Of a stretch of DNA of 64,000 nt, positions 13,402 to 26,200 are shown piece by piece. A program made the translations under genes and the position numbers. Within the stretch, counting starts at the first letter, position 1; the number at the start of each line of letters is the position of its first letter. Origin of the DNA: Octopus sinensis (lineage: Eukaryota); NCBI RefSeq assembly GCF_006345805.1, contig NC_043004.1, positions 68,820,001 to 68,884,000 on the forward strand, written 5' to 3'. Under the pieces are notes generated by a model. The model was given only the letters and a program-made list of their open reading frames with translations, was not told the origin of the DNA and did not search any database.

Positions 13402-13535
13402 TTACCGTTTTCGAAGTTAGCGATTGCTCGTTTTGAATTTGCCGTAGCATTCTATTGGCCAATGCGTACATGGTGAGGAGAGTCATTTTTAGCCAAGAAA
13501 CGGTAATACTCACTGATGAAGGCTAAGTGTTTGTT

Positions 13536-15417
13536 ACTGCCAGGCCAGGGATCTCTGGAAGTTGTCCATAGGTCCTGGCTCGAAAGTCGTCTTGGACAGG
13601 CGGGTCAGGTATTCCTCGTCGACGTCCAGGTTCGCCCCGAGGTCGTCGTCATACCTCCCCTCCACTAATCCCCTATAGAATGCTTTGGTTGTGTTGAAGT
13701 CACTCAAGGTCGACCCGGGACGGCAGAGTTGCTTGAGATCAACGCGACACTCGCGGTGCCATTCGCCCTTCCTCGTCCTCTTTTTGATCTACGACTGCAG
13801 TCCAGTCATGGAAACGAGTTGCGGGAAAGCGTGCCTCACAAACGGCGACCACACCTATTCACCGTCGTCTACGTAGAGCCGGAGATGTCGCAGTCTCAGC
13901 GCGTGCCTGCGCATCATCAACCATGGCATACCCAGCCCTCCTTTTAACGGGTGTTGACAGCAAATGGATCACCTGACCATCGGGACGCATCCTTTCCACA
14001 AGAAGCGGAAGAGAATGCGTTGTAGTTTGGTGATGATAGGGTCGGGACAAGGCACGACGGTCTGGTGGTAGTAGATGACAGACGCGATGTACGTGTTCGC
14101 CATCTCCGCCCGACCTTTTAGGGACAGTTTCCTCTCGGCCCATTGCCGGGCGAGAGTGACCACCCTACTCGTTATCTCGTTCCAGTTCTTCTCCGTTTGG
14201 AGGTCCGGACCAAACCAGATCCCGAGCAACTCGACCGGACCGTCGGTCCAACGTCTCACGACGGAGGGGCTGGTGGACGGCATAGGCTTGTTTCTCTAGG
14301 TACCAAGCCCACTGACTTTTCCCGGTTGATTTTTGCTCCTGTCACCGCTTCGTAGTCTTGCAGTGTCTCTCCGACCAGCTCGATGTGCTCGTGACTAGAC
14401 ACTATGATGATAACGTCGTCCGTGTATGCAGACACGCTCGTCCCCGCATCCCAATTCTCACGGGATGCTCCTCAGAGTCGCCAGCTGCCGCAGTAATGGT
14501 TCGAGAGTCAATACGTATAGAAACAACGGGAGGGGGGCATCTTTGACGGACCGAACGTGCAATGTCGAAAGGTCTCGATAGATGTCCATTTACGCGAATT
14601 ACCGAATGGATACCTCTGTACAAAGCAGCTATCCAGTCGCGGAAGACGGGACCGAAACCAACCGCTCTAAGGACAGCCTCCAAGTATCGATGGTCTACTC
14701 TATCGAAAGCTTTCGATTGATCCAAATTGATCAGGGCCCAACTCATGCCAGGTTCCTTAACTATCCTGTCTATGATGTAGCGCATCAGATGGAGGTTGTC
14801 ATGGATGCTCCGGCCCGGCACAGCGCACGTTTGCGCCTTGTCGACCAGTTTCTTGATGACAAGCGCCAACCTCTTGGCTAACACCTTGGCCAAAATTTTC
14901 AAGTCTGCATTAAGCAGAGTGATGGACCTAAAGTTATCTATTATGTCCCGCTTGTTTAGATCTTTCTTCAGCAGTGTTACGGCTCCTCGGCCCACAAAAC
15001 CAGGCATACTCCCGTATTGCTGCCAGTTGCAGCACACCACTGCCAAGACGTCTCCAAACAAGTCTAGCATACAACTGTAAAGCTCGTAGGGTAGACCATC
15101 CAAACCCGGCGATTTGTCCCTCGAGCATTCTGCCATCGCGTCCCCCCGCACTTCCACCGCCGTGATGGCACCTTCGCAGCGCCCTGCCTCTCTTGAGGAG
15201 AGTCGTGACAGGCTGTGTAGGTAGGCACTGAAGTCCACCCTACGTTCTTGCCCGCCACTCGCCCCGAACAGTCGGGCAAAATGCTGTTGAAAGGCCTCAC
15301 ACATTTTATTTGGCTCGAGTAATTCGTGCCCGTGTTCATCTACCAGAGACCAAATGGTGGCTTTGTTGCCCTGTTGCGCCTCTGCCACCCGGGCCTCTTG
15401 CGCGGCTCCAACACCTT
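13536..15417 (-). mobile_element. Tx1-clade LINE fragment (RT region), 5'-truncated at a GATA run, in glycosyltransferase intron
   Basis: ORF 14402..15388 has SPGLDGLPYELY, NFRSITLLNADLKILAK and LDQSKAFDRVDH; high identity to 54290-56160; 5' junction abuts TAGAAAGATAGATAGATAGATA at ~15420. Confidence 0.92.
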
Positions 15418-15804
15418 AGGTAGAAAGATAGATAGATAGATAAACATATAGATAGATGTAGATGAACTAGTGGACAAACGAAAGAGAGTGGCTTTAATCA
15501 CATTTGGTAGGAGTTACATATATTTTTCTAAAAACAATTTGACTCAACTTTGTATGACTTAAGGTTTTGTGGGCACCGAGGACATACAAATCTTAGAAAT
15601 CTCCCAGTTTTTGATGACATGGAAGCATCTATATATATGAGTTGGTACTGAAAAGTTACTGGCTTTGGATAAAAGAAAATATAGGAGGATCAGTTAATTA
15701 TGATTTTATACAACATATTCCTCCTCTCTGATTAACACAGCTATTGTGTTACTTGTGAATATATGCGTAGCTGGAAGAGCAAATCGGTATTCACTTTAGT
15801 ATAA

Positions 15805-16038
15805 GGCGGCGAGCTGGCAGAAACGTTAGCACGCCGGGCGAAATGCTTAGTGGTATTTCGTCTGCGTTACGTTGTGAGTTCAAATTCCGCCGAGGTCGAC
15901 TTTGCCTTTCATCCTTTCGGGGTCGATAAATTAAGTACCAGTTACGCACTGGGGTCGATGTAATCGACTTAATACCTATGTCTGTCCTTGTTTGTCCCCT
16001 CTGTGTTTAGCCCCTTGTGGGTAATAAAGAAATAGGTA
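15805..16038 (+). mobile_element. tRNA-derived SINE, family A (GGCGAGCTGGCAGAAACGTTAGC... head)
   Basis: A-box/B-box-like head (GAGTTCAAATTCC) and body shared with 31198-31421 and 60372-60597. Confidence 0.85.
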
Positions 16039-16869
16039 TTCACTTTAGTAAGTACAGTATACATGTCAGTACACATTGTCAGTACACAGGTGCTCTATCC
16101 TCGACTCTACCTTGCTATTACTATCTAAATACTAGATACTGTCGAATCCTGAAAATTTACACACACACACACACCACACACACACACACATTGTTGCTAT
16201 TATGCGTAAGTCTCGTAAGTCCAAAACGTTGCTTCTTCAGAAAACGAAAAAATAGTTTCACTATTCCATTTCTTTTTACATTAGCAACAGTTTCAGCTAA
16301 ACAATAAGACTTTGTTGGGTGTATGAAATCCTAACTCCATGCATGTATGATATTTTCAGTCAGAAATATTTTAGCAAAACTGTCGTATGTAGGAGTTACT
16401 ACACTTTTGAAAAATGCTAAGCCGTTATACTACACTTCGACAATTCTCATATCTTGGCATCTGAAACAGCTGGAATACAATAGTTTGCTCAAAAGAACCG
16501 GCTATTGCAAGCAAAATTAAATATTGAAAAAAAACACAAACGCATTTGACCAAATTCGGACATAAGATAGTTTAATATAATAGTAACGATATAATTCAAA
16601 TGTGCAGAAAGCAAAAGACGAAGATAGGTGAAGGTACAACAAGCAGGTGTATTAATTTGACGATAAGGAAGAATGGAAAAGTCTTTGACGTTTCGTACCT
16701 ACGCTCTTCGGCAGAAAGGATTGAAAGGGGAAAAGGGAAAGAAAACGTAAAAAAAACGGAGCGAGAAAAGAAATATATAGGGTTTAACGGTTCGACATGA
16801 TGAAATAGCCAGAAGAAAGAGATTGAGTGGAAGGGAGATAATAAGAGTGACCTGGCCAAACTAGTGTGC

Positions 16870-17570
16870 GCAAGCGTGTGTGTGTGTGTGTATGTGAGAA
16901 TGGTGTGTGTGAGTGCATATGCGTGTGAATGGGGGTGAGTGCATGTGAATGTATGTGGGGGCAAGCTTAATATTATGTGGGCCTGTGTGTGAGTGTGTAT
17001 GTATGTATATATGTATGTATGCATGTATGTATATATGTATGTATGTATATATGTATGTATGCATGTATGTATATATGTATGTATATATGTATGTATGTAT
17101 ATATGTATGTATGTATATATGTATGTATGCATGTATGTATATATGTATGTATGTATATATGTATGTATGTATGTACATTTTGTAGAGTGATGTGTGTTTC
17201 AAGTACTGGTGTGTATGTGTGTGCACGTATGGACGTGTGTACATGTGTGTATTGTATGGGAGCATGTGTGTGTATGTGCACAAGTAACTTAGTGCGTGCA
17301 TTGAGTGTAATGATGTGCGTTTCGTGTATCTCTGTGTGTGTGAGTGTATGGACGTGTGTATATCTGTGTTAGGCTATCGTGTGTGTGTGTGTGTGTATGT
17401 GTTTGCGTGTGTGCGTGCATGTGCAAATGCTTGTGTGTAGCAGTTGATGTGTGATTGTTCGGGTGGTGTGTGCACGTGTACATGTGTGTGTATGTGTGAC
17501 CCTATAGTGTGTGTATGTTTGTGTGCGAAAGTTGTATGTTTATGCATGTTGCGTGCGTGTGTGTATTGTC
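16870..17570. repeat. Compound (TG)n/(TATG)n low-complexity tract
   Basis: Direct reading. Confidence 0.9.
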
Positions 17571-17724
17571 TGTATTCAGGTGTGTTGTCTGGGAATGCAT
17601 AGGTGTGAGGTGGGATAGGGGTGACGAAAGTTAGGAGTTGCTCTATCTTTATAATCACATGTACTATCTTCCTTCACTTCGTTTCATCTAATCTAATACA
17701 TCTATATTTGTCTATTTATTGCAG

Positions 17725-18191
17725 TGAGCGGTGGGATTTATCTTGATCCGGACATTCTATTCCTGCGACCAATCGACCATTTCCGGCAGCCAGTCCTTAC
17801 AATGGGCCTAATCGACCCAGCAACCGGTATAGGGAACGGTTTAATATTTGCCAAAATACACTCCAAGTTCTTAGAATATTGGTACGAAAGTTACAGAAAC
17901 TTTAACTCTAGTATTTGGGGAGTTCATTCAATGGCAATACCACTGAAGCTATCAAAAATATATTCACACCTTATTAAGGTAGATAAAGGACATATTTATC
18001 ATCCGAACTGGTTTGAGCTTGAGAAACTTTTTCTTAAAGTGGTCCCTTGGGATAAAAATGTAGCTGTACATATGTGGACTCACCATCAATACCGTCTGCC
18101 TCAATCTCTGAAAGATACAGACACTTTAAATACAACAGCCGGTCAAATGTTAAGATATGTCTATTACAACGACACACGTTTACGGCGATAA
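17725..18191 (+). CDS. Exon 2 of family-32 glycosyltransferase (DxD motif and C-terminus)
   Basis: Pyrimidine tract and TTGCAG acceptor ending 17724; phase matches exon 1, giving LQILI-L-SGGIYLDPDI; later motifs GNGLIFA, WYESYRNF, W..HS, HMW; TAA at 18189-18191. Joined CDS is 1107 nt, 368 aa. Confidence 0.88.
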
Positions 18192-18538
18192 AAACAAAAG
18201 ACATCCCGTTAAGACAGCGAAAACTTAATTTTATTATTTATATATTTTTTGTTTGGTGGCTTGGGGTGGACAATCTTTCATAATACCTGGTGTGCAAATT
18301 TCAAGTGCTTAAGAACCTGCAAGGTGCATATCTATTGAGAAAAAGTAATGAATATTTATTTTTATCGATTCCTAAGAATGCAAAGCGTAGACATACTTGT
18401 GTGATTACGCAGTTCGCGTCGAAATTACGTGATTTTGGGTTCCGTCTCACAACACTGCATCTCGGGCCTCGGATCTACCAATGACTTGAGAGAGAACCTG
18501 TTACATGGAAACTGCCTAGAATTATGTATATATGTGTA

Positions 18539-18570
<32 letters not shown>

Positions 18571-19443
18571 CGAGGTCTAATCAATAAGTATCCGGACTGT
18601 TGCTTTAGTAACGAAGCTAAAGCACGCAGAGTAAAGCCGTTTGGCACTGATTGACCTTGCACTCTGTTGTGCATGCGCACTAAGTTTTAACGTTCTAGCT
18701 CACTTCCGCTGTTTACAGTAGTGCTTGGCAGGAACGTGTGTAGCGTGTGATCGTCGCTTGACCATGACAGGGAAATGTGTTAGATACGTACACAAAGTTG
18801 TCAGAGGCCTACGCAAAGTTACAGAAAGTATTTGGAGAGGAGTGTATGAGACGCACACAAGTGTACAAGTCGTTCAGATATTTCCAAAATGGCCGAAAAA
18901 TGTCCACCCGCAATCAGCAGAAATAAGATAAACATCGCAGATATGCGTGCAACAGTGTGGGGAAATCGTGGAATCACTATCCGTGAGTTATCAGACGATG
19001 TACAGATTAGGTAAGGTTCAGTTCAATCCATTATCACAGAAGATTTGGGTATGAAAAGCGTGTCTGCCAAGTTTGTGGCAAAACTGCTTCTGGTGACCAA
19101 AAAGACACTCGGGTTTCAGTTGCACAAGATCTCTTTGATTGTGTCGAGAACGATGAAATCTTTTTGAAAACTTTGCGTAGGCCTCTATACAGGTATCGCC
19201 AAAGTTTTGGCAAAATTTTATTCATATTCTCTGCACAACTTTCTGTCACGGTCAATGCAACGATCACACGCTACACATCTTCCTTCCAAGCACTGCTGAA
19301 AACAGTGGAAGAGAACTAGAACGTTAAAACTTAGTGCACATGCAGAGCAGAGTTTAAGGTCAATTTGCATCAAGCGGCTTTACTCTGTGTGCTTTAGCTT
19401 CGTTGCTATGGCAACAGTCCGGATTCTTGTTGATCATACCACG
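18571..19443 (+). mobile_element. Internally deleted mariner element with long TIRs and TA TSD
   Basis: TA|CGAGGTCTAATCAATAAGTATCCGGACTG ... CAGTCCGGATTCTTGTTGATCATACCACG|TA; IRs extend ~150 bp; internal remnant EDLGMKSVSAKFVAKL. Confidence 0.85.
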
Positions 19444-19540
19444 TATACACACACAAACACACACACACACACACCACACACACACACACACACGCACACA
19501 CACACACACACAACACACACACACACACACACACACACAC

Positions 19541-19650
<110 letters not shown>

Positions 19651-20124
19651 TGTGAAGTATATTTGCCAACTGAATGTGGCAGTCTCGTAGAGGACGATGC
19701 TACTGGTGTTTTTAGCCCCAGGAGGACATCTCCTCCAGCTGGCTAACGACACACTGTCTGTGTCTGATTAGTATTTGTGAAGGGAAGTCATCGTTCCCAT
19801 CTCTAGCCTTACGTGATACATACAGATCCGGGAGATCAACGACAGTTTGTCACTGGAAAAAGCATATAATAATTCGCGTTTGGAATGAGTTCTCATCGCT
19901 AGCTAGTGATTATCACACACTGATGACGGGTTACCACCCAGAAACACGGGTCTGTGTTTCACGAAAGACTAGAGATGGGAACGATGATTTCCCTTCGCAA
20001 ATACTAATCAGACACAGACAGCGTGTCGTTAACGAGGTGAAGGAGATGTCCTCCTGGGACTAAAAACAACAGTAACATCGTCCTCTATTGGACAGCCACA
20101 TTTAGTAGGCAAATATACTTCACG
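19651..20124. mobile_element. MITE with ~170-bp terminal inverted repeats
   Basis: TGTGAAGTATATTTGCC... vs ...GGCAAATATACTTCACG; arms align through AGATGGGAACGATGA; non-coding centre. Confidence 0.8.
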
Positions 20125-20168
20125 ATTCCGTGCTGCTACTGTTTTCTTCTCGTTCAGAGATTTAATAT

Positions 20169-20216
<48 letters not shown>

Positions 20217-20329
20217 TATATATACACACACATGAAAGAAGCAAATAGTCACCCCATAAAGCATGTTTTATGTTTATTTTAACTTGTAAAGGCTTATGCT
20301 TTTTATTAATTGACATTTTTATGCTTCAG

Positions 20330-21300
20330 ATTCTATATGTGACTGTTTAATCACGCCATGTACAAAAGAAGCCTTGGGATTATCTGAATTTCAAAGAGGC
20401 CGTATTGTGGGACATAGCGTAAACTCGCAGAAAACCTTGGGATCCCGCTTTCTACAGTTAATAGAATGATTGTACAATTTACCAGATAGGGGAAGGGGTC
20501 CACATCATCTCGCCCAGATCAATCAGCGCCCTCTGACAGTACCCTCTCTTTCCTAAGAGAAGTGTGCAAGATAATCCTCGTCGCAAAGCCTTTGGCAGAA
20601 TTAGTTGATGTCAGTCCCAGAACACCTGTCAGGTATCTCCACAAACTTGGTTACTATGACAGAGCAGTAAAAAGAAAACCACTTCTTCGACCAGCCAGCA
20701 TCAAGCGGAGAAAAGATTGGGCCAGTGAGATGGTGGAGAGGTCACTAGCATTTTGAGACACTGTCATATTCTCTGATGAGTCCAGAATTGCTGTATTTCT
20801 TGACAGTGGTCGAGTGTAGGTCTGGAGACTCTGTGATCAAGAATTTGATGCGAAAAGAGTGCAGCCATTACGACAGCTATTCTGTGTTGGTCTGGGGAGC
20901 AATTTGAAGCAATGGTTGATCAGAGCTGGTGGAGTGTGAGGGAAACATAAACTCAGATAAATATGTGTCCATATTGCAGAAAGGACTCCTTCCAACCTTC
21001 TGCGGTGGTGAAATGATTAAAGAAGACTCTTTATTTATGCTAAAATGACCCAAAATTTGTTGGATGAGGATTGCATTAAAAAGCTTCCATGGCCAAAATA
21101 TGAACCCTATTGAACACCTCTAGGATATAATGGACAGGGCACTTCACAAAAAGAACAAGAAAGCATCTTCAAGGCCAGTTCTTTTGAGATTACTGCATGA
21201 AACTCCGCAAGAGAATATTCGTCATCTGATTAGTAACATGTCAAATAGGGTCCTTGCATTGAAAAATACAATGTCTACTAAATATTAAACATCCACATTA
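20330..21300 (+). mobile_element. Degenerate Tc1 transposase
   Basis: KRKPLLRPASIKRRKDWA, VIFSDESRI, VWGAI, EGNINSDKY..ILQKGLLP and WP...NPIEHL remnants across frames. Confidence 0.85.
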
Positions 21301-21309
21301 TAACAATTA

Positions 21310-21930
21310 ATAGGAGCGCTCAGAGAGCGCAAACCCCCACTAAAGCAACACCAACGTCCTTTCAACGATTAGCCGGAGATGATTTTTAAAATGAGAATAT
21401 CTGAAATAAACTGGACTGGTCTCACAAACGAGAATACTAAAAATGAATATATTGAGTGACAGGTGAAGGGAGAGGACATAAAATACTAATACAGTGAAGG
21501 AGAAGTAGTGACAGTAATAGCTAGGACTGAGAGGGGGTGAGAGAAATTAAGAAAATAATGACAATGAGAAAGACGAAATGAAGTGGCAAAGAGAGTATCG
21601 CATGAATGAGAAAGGAAAGGATGACAGATAAATAACGAAGGAAGGAGGGAAAAAGTCGATAAATGGCTTTTGAATTGTGAGCATATGTGTGTATATGTGT
21701 TCGTGTACAAGAGAACTACGTGAAACTTTTCATATACATGTAAAGTAAAAAAAAATATCGGAGAAGTAATCCAGAATCCTTGCCCAGTACCGGATCGATT
21801 CCAAAATCTAATGAGACCGTGCCAGTCATCCGAATCCATCCACTGGTTCTTGATGTATCTTGCCCACGGACAATCAAACAAACACGACTGAAACAACACC
21901 TCGCCTTTGCTAAGGCGGAAGCAATAAGTA
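21310..21930 (+). mobile_element. Possible non-autonomous Helentron-type (HINE/DINE-1-like) element
   Basis: 5' GAGCGCTCAGAGAGCGCAAACC...; 3' stem-loop GCCTT-TGCT-AAGGC then GGAAGCAATAA; AT-rich flanks. Based on recalled architecture only. Confidence 0.4.
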
Positions 21931-22097
21931 ATTTGAATGTGTAATTTCAGATTAAATAAATTTTAATGATTATAAGGGTGTCTACTTACTTCTCTATGTA
22001 TGTATGTATGTATATATAATTATGTCTGTATATATATATATATAATATATATATATATATATTATATATATATATAATATATATATATATATGTATG

Positions 22098-22162
<65 letters not shown>

Positions 22163-22240
22163 GTATGTATATGTTTTCAATGTGTACGAATAACAAAGAA
22201 AAAATAAATAATTGTTATCAGGGTTGAATAAATTGTTATA

Positions 22241-22655
22241 GGCGCAGGAGTGGCTGTGTGGTAAGTAGCTTGCTAACCAACCACATGGTTCCGGGTTCAG
22301 TCCCACTGCGTGGCATCTTGGGCAAGTGTCTTCTGCTATAGCCTCGGGCCGAGCAATGCCTTGTGAGTGGATTTGGTAGACGGAAACTGAAAGAAGCCCG
22401 TCGTATATATGTATATATATATATAAGTGTGTGTGTATATGTTTCTGTGTCTGTGTTTGTTACCCTAGCATTGCTTGACAACCGATGCTGGTGTGTTTAC
22501 GTCCCCGTCACTTTGCGGTTCGGCAAAAGAGACCGATAGAATAAGTACTGGGTTTACAAAGAATAAGTCCCGGGGTCGATTTGCTCGACTAAAGGCGGTG
22601 CTCCAGCATGGCCGCAGTCAAATGACTGAAACAAGTAAAAGAGTAAAGAGTAAAG
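22241..22655 (+). mobile_element. SINE family B, full length
   Basis: Head GGCGCAGGAGTGGCTGTGTGG, internal (TA)/(TG) tract, tail AGTAAAAGAGTAAAGAG. Confidence 0.88.
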
Positions 22656-22842
22656 AGAGGGTAGCAAAAATTCCCTTAAGCACCAAAGATATTACAGACA
22701 ACTTATAAAGGTAGCAATTCCAGTGTTAAGGGAAATGTTTTTTCTATAACATGGATAAATTAAGAAATGGAGTCAAATCACTTATACTTCCAACTTACAT
22801 TTCGAAAAAAGCATTGAGATTACACACATACGTACGCACGCG

Positions 22843-22900
22843 CTAGCTGAATACCCCGTCGTTGCCGGGTAAATTTCACAATAAAATACCTTAGCGGACT
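22843..22900 (-). mobile_element. Helitron 3' terminus
   Basis: Minus strand ACCCGGCAACGACGGGGT hairpin, then ATTCAG and CTAG (22843-22846); 5' extent not determined. Confidence 0.55.
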
Positions 22901-23259
22901 TCCAGAATAGCACACCCACATAAGTTGAATTTCCTCTGTTTTGATGGGGATTTTTTAATATTTTCCACTATTCCGTTGCTAATGGTGATAGGAGAAAGCT
23001 TTTTATGACATATATTTTTTTTTTAATTTATTCTCTCTCCCCCACTTCCAGACCTATTTTGTCCATTTCTTTCTTTCTTTCTTTCTTTCTTTCTTTTTGC
23101 ACAATACACTTTAATAAATGGAGACACCTTTTCGGTAAAAGGAAAAAAAAATTTTGAAGTTCATAAATTTTTCAAACCCCATCCCCAACTCAATACGATT
23201 TTATATATATATATGAATATATGAGAGGGAATGTTGTTGTTGTTGTTGTTGTTGTTTAT

Positions 23260-26200
23260 CACCGCCGCCGATCGTATCTTTGAAGCTCCGAAAGTCTGCG
23301 CTTTGTTTTCCTTATTAGAAGTGTAATTTTATTAATTTTATTGTGGTGTTTACTTTCCAAGTTGACCGGATCTGCATTGGTCTGATCAACTGTTGGATCT
23401 GGAAATTGGTCTGATCAACAGCAGGAAAGGAAATTGAAAATGTTCAAAATGGCGTCGTTTTAATCGTCAAACCAAGAAGAGAGGAAAGTGGACGGACACT
23501 TTGAAGTCGAAATTGCCTTTCGCAGTCATTCATTCTAGTGAAGCTCCGACCCTTAAATGCTCCGCCGATAGGAATTTACGTTTATCTAATGACCCTGCTT
23601 AATGTTCAGTGTTTGCTGTTATTCATATTGTTATGTATTGTATTTTTGTCATCGTTATTTAGTTAAACTAACCAAGACATTAGGGAACTGTTTAGTTCTT
23701 CATCTGTAGCCCTTAGGAACTATTATGGTGTTTGCTAGGGCTAAGACGCCCCTCATTTTATTTTTATTTAAATAAAAGCAAAGATGGTGAATGAGAATTG
23801 TCCATCCGCTGAAAGGGACAGCCGGTTGTCCGGAAGAGAGAACAGCCAAGTCGTGAAAGACAGTGAGTACAGTAACAGCAGCAGCAACAACAACAACAAT
23901 AGCTCACGTGAGGCCTATAAAAGCAATTTTCCTTTGCTTCTACCACCACCCCACCGATCGCAAGAACAGAAGAAATTAATTGCAAAAAGCGATAGCACTA
24001 GCGGGAACACTTCCACCTCCAGCGCCACCGCCTGTGGCAGCAGCAGATCCACCAACAACAACAATAACAACAATATCATTAACGAAAAAGACGACAACAA
24101 AAACGAGACATGTAAATCTACCCGAAACAGTTTCGACTTTGCGAAAGCGACCAGAGAAGTAAGTGAAGACATTTTTATAGACGAAAATGAATTCAAAAAT
24201 GCGAAGTGTATGTTGGAGAAATGTATAGAAGAAATACGGTACTAAACAATCCTAGAACTGTCTAGCATGAAAGATGGCGTCAGCCCTCCTGGTGACGTTG
24301 ATGATCGCCTGGGGCTAAATGCATCAGTAACAGCCCCACCGCCCTGCCCTGTCCCTAGCCACATTCAGATGGCTAACGTCCCTTATGTTATGGAGCAGTT
24401 ACTGTCTATATCTCGTTTAGAGAATTATTATTGCTGTCGAACAGATTTTCTACATCAGTAAATGTATTTACTGTGAAAATCTTTATATATAGCCTGCACA
24501 GAGAGTCGTTCGTCGAGGGGCGGTGCCTGCCATACGTTGATAATAGGCAAACACCTTGAAACCTAGGTCCGTATGTGGCATCCGCTTCTTCGGGGAATGA
24601 TCTCCCTTTGCAGGCTAGAGGACGCCGTGATGGCGTCAGCCCTCCTGGTGACGTTGATGATCGCCTGGGGCTAAATACATCAGTAACACCCCCACCGCCC
24701 TGCCCTGTCCCTAGCCACATTCAGATGGCTAACGTCCCTTATGTTAATATGCGGACAGTTCTATATTAAACAATTGTAACTAAAAGCAGAAAAGTGGAGC
24801 AGGCAACGCTAGCAAATAGGGATGTACATAAAACCAGTTTGGAAAAGCAAACCCTTGTAGCCTGGGGGAAGAAATGTGGGACTGTCGAGGTGAGGTTCGC
24901 CTCAGAGAAGGAGACAAAAATCACTCGACGGCTACCCTAACGACTGAGGAACAAATCCTCACCCCCACCTACCTTGATCGAAGAGTATTTAAAGTTAGAA
25001 TATTCAGCATCCCACCAGAGATGAACATCTGCTAGTTAGACAAGATACACAAGCTGAACTGGTTGAGACATGGGATGCATTTACTAATACAAGCTGACCA
25101 GACAAGCGTAGAGGATATCCTAGACTAAATAAGCCTACAGGACAGCACAAAGCTTCACATGACTGTTGAGGGCGGAAAACCAAGATGTCCCCTATGCGGG
25201 AACACAAAACATCTCAAAGCTCTCTTCCCAAAACAAAAGAGAAGTGAGCTCCCCAATTTTTGCCGACACTACCCCCACAACAACGACAACAACAATAGCA
25301 ACAACACCAGCAGAAGCAGGCGAGTACAGCTGCAAAACAACAGTAACAGTAGTAGCAGCAACTGCAATCACAGAGGCACTGACAACAACAATACCAAGAA
25401 CAACAGTAGAATCAATAGCAGCTTCAAACATAACTGCATCAGAATCCCCCAAAGCATCAACTTTATCAACACAAAAACCACAAAATAACCTGCAAGATTT
25501 TCCCCTCCCGTGTTCGTAGCAATCAGACATGTCCTGCGGTGAGGGGAGACCCAAACTGGCAAAGGTTCGGAGATCAAACGAAAGAAACAAAGCAACACCA
25601 ACATCAACATAAAATACTAGCAGGTATGACCAGAAGGGGGAGACACCATCGAAAACAAATTCTCAACTACTTCCCCAAAGAACAGCCACACCCATCCCCA
25701 TCACTACCATCACCACCACCACCACTATCATAAACACCATCACAAGTACAACCCAATTCACACACACACACACACACACAACTTTCAGATTACACATCTC
25801 AACAACAACAAAAGTCAAACTTATTGAGCTGCACAGCAGTAAACACCAAGAATAAAAAATAATGAATCACATATATAACCATACAGACATCACACACACC
25901 AACTATATCACACCGAGAAACAACACATCAACACATATTAAAACCATACAAACATCACAACACACATATAACACCATCAAAACAAAATATCCTGTAGGAG
26001 TAGGAGCTTTTCAGAGAGACATAAATAGACAAATATATAAGGAACTGCTCGTGGAAACATCCACACATGCTTATGGGGACGGAACATCCGTCCCCTCATC
26101 GCCAGCTAAACCACAGTAGGTAACCTTTTCTGCTACTTTGATCTAACATGACTTTGCTCAGAGTTGGCAGTATAAATGCACGTTGCCTGGGGTTGTCTTG

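Noticed and set aside
13373-13535. MITE with 38-bp TIRs
   Set aside because: No TSD; the left arm is part of a longer hammerhead motif, so an inverted partial Penelope-type repeat fits better.
15805-15900. tRNA genes at SINE heads (also 22241, 31198, 40508)
   Set aside because: A/B-box-like motifs only, no full cloverleaf, and each continues into a shared SINE body.
12585-16720. Hammerhead-like remnants at ~12590 and ~16695 (minus strand, ...GAAGA...GAAAC)
   Set aside because: Core CUGA is broken (UUGA/CCGA), stem II is mismatched, and no stem I partner is found; at most dead remnants.
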